Assembly (NCBI RefSeq): GCF_009914755.1
Contig: NC_060937.1
Source of the DNA: the human T2T-CHM13v2.0 reference genome, Homo sapiens
Direction: 5' to 3' (one strand)
DNA length: 64,000 bases
The notes beneath the pieces are model-generated. The model was given only the letters and a program-made list of their open reading frames with translations, did no database searches and was not told where the DNA came from. Shown piece after piece: positions 52,416 through 64,000 of this stretch (the stretch's first letter is position 1; every line of letters begins with the position of its first letter). A program made the translations under genes and the position numbers.

Positions 52416-52618
52416 GTCTAGCACTTGCCCATCGCCTAGGTACGTGCACATACATGGTCTCATTTGGTTCCCTTGACCACCATGTGAAGAAGTTGGGTGT
52501 CATGTTTATAAAGATGAAAAAACAGGGTCAGAAAGGTTAAGGATTCTCAAAGCCCTATGACCAGTAATGAGAGAGTTTGGTTCAAACACTAAGTGTATGG
52601 CTCCTGGTCTGGAACTTC

Positions 52619-53253
<635 letters not shown>

Positions 53254-53589
53254 TGGGTCTGAACTTCTTACGTCTTCTTGCACTGTGACTCTTCAGTCAC
53301 CCATGTCCTATGGGAGGACCCACCTAGTCTTATGCATCCCACTTTCCCATTTCCTCCGCTGCCCCTGGCACAGGGGAGTCACCCCTCGCCCTAGAGGAGC
53401 AGCTCAGGCAGTGTATCCAGGCTGGTCCAGAAGGGTCCTTTTCTGGCGCCTTTTGAGGGGGCCAGCGTCTGTGGCCTGTTCAGTAGCGGGTCCAGTGAGC
53501 GCACACAGTCCCCACGCCAGTACGCTGGGGGTTAACTCAGTGCTCCTCACCCGCCTTAGCACACTGGTCTGTTCTCGACATGTCTACCC

Positions 53590-57260
<3,671 letters not shown>

Positions 57261-57265
57261 TCTAC

Positions 57266-57572
57266 TTTTTTTTTTTTTTTTTTTTTTGAGACAAGGTCTT
57301 GCTCTGTCACCCAGGCTGGAGTGCACTGATGCAATCTTGGCTCACTGCAACCTCCACATTCTAAGCTCAAACAGTCCTCCTGCCTCAGCCTCCCAAGTAG
57401 CTGAGACTACAGGCATTAGCCACCATGTCTGGCTAATTTTTGTATTTTTTGGAGAGACGGGGTTTCGCCATGTTGCCCAGGCTTGTCTCAAACTCCTGGA
57501 TTCAAGCAGTCTACCCACCTTGGCCTCCGAAAGTGCTGGGATTATGGATGTGAGCCGCCACACCCATCCGGG
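57266..57572 (-). mobile_element. Alu (AluJ-like)
   Basis: Diverged dimer, flanks TCTACTTT. Confidence 0.9.
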
Positions 57573-57610
57573 GTCTACTTTCTAAATATAAGCACTCAGT
57601 AATTACTTTA

Positions 57611-57959
<349 letters not shown>

Positions 57960-59406
57960 CTAGCAAATTTTGCAAGATTTCTGATACCTGTAATCTCTTT
58001 TCATTTCTTACGTTGATACTCTGTTTCTGTTTTCTAAAGTATTCATAGTAAGACTCCAAAAGAAAAAGGGCTCCCTGGCTGTATGTGTTCAGTGGTAGCA
58101 GCCAAGGAATGTGCCAGGAAGGTACTTCACATTTTGCAGTGCCATGGTGGAGAGGAATCTGGTAAAGAAAAAACCAGATGAAGACAGTTTAGAGAGGCGA
58201 CAACTACAAGCTAAGTACCTGAGATTCTGGGTCAACAGGAAGGGGACAGTGTGTGAGGAAGCAGCAGGGCCATGGAAGGTGGCTGAGGGGCCTGGATGGG
58301 GTTACCTGTCAGGGTCCCAATAGGCCTTTTGTAGGGTTGGCTTCATCTTTGAAGCCTCCTGAGGTTACCGTGACAACCACTACTGTCCCTCTGTACTGCT
58401 GTGAGGCCACTAAGGGAAAAAGGGAGGGAAGGGACCCAAAGGGAGGACAGAGGTGGGAGAAGAGGGAGCGATGGGGAGAGAAAGGCAGAGAACAATGGAA
58501 GCAGTGAGCGAGAAAGGGGAGAAACCTCACTGAAAAGGAGGCAGGGTAAACATGACTGAGATGGAAAAATGATCACATTAAAAAGAACTCACTCAGAGTA
58601 AGGATGAATGTGTGTTCTTTGCTACTTGAACTGGTATTAAAAGGCCAATGTGAAGTGTTAGATATTTTAAAATGTTTATTGGTATCATTAGAAGTTGACT
58701 TCAGTTGCCCAAATGCATGGTGAGAAAGGGGATGTGTAAACAAAAATGATATTTTGGATTGTGAGGCAGAAAGTCATTTTAAATGGCCCTGGGAGGCAGA
58801 GGGACCAATCCTCTCAGTCGCCTGGGACTGTCCTGGGTTTAGCATGGAATGCCTTATGTTCCCAGAAACCCCTTAGGTCCCAGCAAACCAGGATGGCCAT
58901 TCACCATAGAGGTGGAGAAGTAAAGGGCTGTGGATGAAGACGGGTACTTATTAGGAACAGGGAGGAGGATGGAGTTGGAGGGGATGAGTGCAGGGCAGGA
59001 TACAGAGCCCAGAAGGAAAGGAATTGACAGAAGCTGGGAGAAAGAATAAAAAGACCAGTGGTCCAAGATGGTAGACCACAGGTTCAAGAACTGGAGCAAG
59101 AGTCTTCTGGAATGGCCTCCATTCTAGAACCGAGAGAGAGTATTCAGAATGCTTTAATGGAGTAAGAAGGGCCACTGCTTAGAGTGGGGCTGAAGAGAAA
59201 AGAAAGAAGGAGACCCTGCGGAAGCGGCAATACCAGGAAGGCAGTTGTATGCACATCATGCAGACCAGGAGTAGCCTAGGGGTAGGGGACATGCCTGGGC
59301 TGGACAGTGGAATTTGTGGGAAATCAGATTTCCCTGAGCAAAAACCAGTGGGCAGCAGCCAAACTGGTGAGCAAGAACTGGCTGTGGTGGCTGGGCCCGA
59401 ATTGGG

Positions 59407-59434
59407 AGCTACACCTGCCCGGGCAGGTGTAGCT
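59407..59434. repeat. Perfect 28-bp palindrome
   Basis: AGCTACACCTGCCC|GGGCAGGTGTAGCT. Confidence 0.95.
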
Positions 59435-60689
59435 GCGAGGGAGGTCTCTGCCAACAACTCAGCTGTGCCGTGCCTGCTGAACGGCCTCACCTTGGCCTCT
59501 GGCTCTGTTGCAGCTGTGTGGGGCTCGTGCTCCTACATACCGTTATCCTGTGGTAGAGTTTTACCGTGGACCAGAGCCATCTAGAGGACATTGAGTTACC
59601 CACATACTTTCTGTGGGAGAGGCCAAGGAGTCAGGGGGGGAGGCCGGGACCTGAAGATCAACTCTTTACTGCAGAGATCCCTCCCTCCCTCTCTCTGTCC
59701 CATGGATCCAGAGGGAAGTTGAGGACAGTTTCATGCCACATGCTTGACCCGACTCAACTGAGTAACTGTGGCCACTGAGAAGACTCTGTCCTTGCAAAGA
59801 ACTCTCCTTAGTGCCCATATTCTGCAGAATGTTTGAGTGGCACGAGTGCTTCATTCGTCTAGAAATATTTCATGGTAGTCAGTTGCTAATAACAGGATAT
59901 CTGCAGGTAGTGTGTTCTCAGGAGGCACACCTGAAGCCTCAAAGGTGAGGACATAGACATGGCTGTGGGTGAGCCTGTGCCAAGACATGACCCATATCCA
60001 TGGGGAGTGCTCTCAGGGCAGCTGACACTGCTCAGCCTCAGCAGTCTCCAGTGATAGCTTCGGAACAGCCACGGTCTGACTGATATACTTTCTGAAAACA
60101 GCCTTTGGTCACACAGTTTCCTAACTAAATGTGGTGGTGGCCACTAGAAGTTGCCATTTTATGCGGGACTCCCTGTGAGGAAGCCCATAGTGCTGGTAGC
60201 TGAAATTTAGGAATGCAGGTTTCTAAGAAGGCTCGGAAAAGCAAGCTGGGCTCCTTGGGGAGGAGCTATTAGTACGTTTAATTAAATTTTTTAACATATA
60301 AAAAGTTGTTAATTATAAAAACAACATTTTTTTCTACCCTGAGTGCAGCTGGAGCTGTGTTCTGCCGTTACACAATTGCTCATTAATTCCACACATTGCT
60401 TACGATCCTGTGAAGTTTAGAATTTTATTAGGCAATAAATAAGATATCAAGGAAATAATATTTGTGGTTTCATATAGGTCACTTGGGTATGAATTTAAAT
60501 CCACTGTAATTCAAACAGGTTTAGTTTATTTCATGTTGCTACTTGAATGTGTTATAGCGTATCAATTAAATAACTCACTTGAATGATGCAGACTTGAGAT
60601 TCATTCCCTCCTTCTTTCCTTCCTTCCTTTCTCACCCCATCCTCCCTACCATAAACCAGGTTTAGAATAGCTGTTAATTTAGCTGCTTT

Positions 60690-61004
<315 letters not shown>

Positions 61005-61180
61005 TTTTTTTTTTTTTTTTTTTTTTAAGACTGGTGAAGCTATGTTGCCCAGACTGGACTGCAGTGGCTATTCGCAGGTGTTATCATAGCTTACTGCAGC
61101 CTTGACATCCTGGGCACCAGTAGCGCTTCTTCCTCAGTCTCTAGTAGCTGGGACTGCAGGCATGTGCTACCACACCCAGC
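61005..61180 (-). mobile_element. FAM-like (fossil Alu monomer, 7SL-derived) element
   Basis: Retains 7SL-type gctatgttgcccag..tgcagtggctattcgcaggtg, which dimeric Alus lack. Poly-T tail. Confidence 0.7.
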
Positions 61181-61294
61181 TGATTTTATGTTTTGTTTAC
61201 ATTTAACGATGTTAATCTAGGAGCAGTGATGATGTTCACTGTTGTTCCACATGACTCTAGCACATATATATTTGTATGTGTATAACCACAGTTG

Positions 61295-61357
61295 TTCATT
61301 TAGTCTGTTTCCAGGTTTTCATTTAGTCTGTTCCAGGTTCATTTAGTCTGTTTCCAG
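61295..61357. repeat. Minisatellite, 3 x about 21 bp
   Basis: Unit TTCATTTAGTCTGT(T)TCCAG(G). Confidence 0.9.
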
Positions 61358-61531
61358 ACCTAAAAAGGCCTGTTGGCTACCGCGACAGCCTTGGCTGTCA
61401 CACTGGGCCCGCCCATGGGTGTTTCTGTAAGTGGCCATGAACCTCTTCTGAACTACACCACATGTTAACATCCTTCTCTTAGTTAGGTCTTTGAGATTGG
61501 CAGAGGTGCTCTATTTAATAATAAAGGAATG

Positions 61532-61883
<352 letters not shown>

Positions 61884-62629
61884 CTATTTTAATAGAATAC
61901 TTGAGTGAGCAAGTCTGTCTTAACTGTTTCTCCTCACTGTGTCTAAATGAGAAGGAAGAATGACCCTGGTGTCTGTATTTGCAGGACACTTTTCAGTATT
62001 AATATTCAGAACCCCAAATATTGAAAAGTGTAAAAGGCAGTACTTGCTACTTCATTGTCCCGTTGCTAGCCCCAGTAAAATGAGGGTCTTAGTTTAGCGG
62101 AAGACTGTGTTTACTGTTTAACTCACAGTTCACGCTAAAAATTGACACTTTTTTTTTTCCTAATAAGGGCCTCTCTATGGACCTTTTTAAAGTTTATATG
62201 GTCATTAAAAACATCATTGCACACATATACTTTGTACCACTTTGGAAGTAGTGCAGGCTTGTTTGAAAGCATACACTTGACTTGTCTTCTTACTTAGTCT
62301 CACAGTATTCTTTGTGAGAAGGTTGATATGCCCACATTATTCTGTGGCCAAAAACAAAAGTTTAGGAAATGAAAACAGCAAACAGAAAACCCCATGCCAA
62401 GTGCTGTTTTCGTAGTGAGGCACTGGAGGGCGCTCCGCTCTAGCAATGGGAGATGCACGCAGTCTCTGCAGTCTGCAGGCTGCCCTCACGAAAGCCTCTT
62501 TCAGAAGATGTAAGAGTTTTTTCTGTTCATTTTAAGGCAAATGAAAGACACATGGATGGTAGAGGAAATATTTCTATACTGACCTATAAACGGTCCCTTT
62601 AAAAGTTTATGAGAAACTGAAGAAGTAGC

Positions 62630-63030
62630 TCTGTGCTCCAGCCCTCCTTATGACCTCCTCTCTCCCTAGCCTGTTGCAGCCTCACCGGCCTCCTCTTCTG
62701 GGCTGTGTCGTCAGCCTGAAGCCCTCTGTCCCTTTGTGCCTCAGCTCAAATGTCACAAATCAGAGAGGTCTTCCTTGACCACCCTGTACAACATAGCCTC
62801 CACCCCGCTAAGCAGCCTCTGCACTACCCTGTCCCCTTACTGCTGTTTTCATTTTTTCCTATTGCCCCATTTCCACCAGACATATCACATGCTTATTTGT
62901 TTATTGTCCGCCTGTATCCTACCCCAGCCCCCAGATATTCATGAGAGCAGGGACTTGGTTTATTCCATTGCTATTATATATCCAGAACCTAAAACAATCC
63001 TTGGCAGTGCCTGATATAAATTTGCAGAAG
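62630..63030 (+). mobile_element. L2 3' region
   Basis: ctcagctcaaatgtcac..cagagaggtcttccttgaccaccct..catgagagcagggacttgg..tatatccagaacctaaaaca. Confidence 0.75.
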
Positions 63031-63094
63031 GAAAAAAGAACAGATTTAGGAATGAAATATTTTGAGTGTTTCTAAAGATTTAGTGGATTTTTTT

Positions 63095-63870
<776 letters not shown>

Positions 63871-63959
63871 TGTGGAGCACAGAAATGTGATGTTTAAGTT
63901 TAAGCCTAAAGTGGATTTCTTTGAATTATACTAGCCAGTCACAGATCACTCCTGGGTAG

Positions 63960-64000
63960 TACTATGGTTTGAATGTGGTATCCCCTCCAAAATTCATGTT
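63960..64000 (+). mobile_element. Start of an MST/MLT1-type MaLR LTR, cut by the window edge
   Basis: tactatggtttgaatgtggtatcccctccaaaattcatgtt. Confidence 0.65.

Noticed and set aside
61005-61180. Possible functional 7SL RNA gene
   Set aside because: Only about 155 bp, diverged, lacking most of the S domain and carrying a poly-A tail: a fossil monomer.

Overview
This is primate genomic DNA, most likely human chr13q32.3, and it is very rich in Alu, L1 and LTR sequence. From left to right it holds the last three coding exons and 3' UTR of TM9SF2 (+), then about 43 kb of intergenic sequence, then the CpG-island promoter, exon 1 and start of intron 1 of CLYBL (+). The intergenic part includes a MER11D-type solo LTR with a perfect 6-bp TSD, a degenerate cofilin-1 retrocopy, THE1/MST/MLT LTRs and DNA-transposon fossils. 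Almost all ORFs in the supplied track are repeat-derived or chance. I find no evidence for a new multi-gene biological system. The most unusual signals are structural: (1) a MADE1 mariner MITE whose central loop carries a ~120-bp inverted copy of nearby DNA, made before an adjacent Alu inserted; (2) a ~165-bp inverted duplication of the 5' end of the cofilin retrocopy; (3) an inverted L1 3' segment bounded by a 9-bp inverted repeat; (4) a perfect 28-bp palindrome with two E-boxes; (5) an Alu with an internal triplication. Repeat subfamily names and gene identities come from recalled consensus and protein sequences, not from a search. Repeat boundaries are approximate unless a TSD is quoted.
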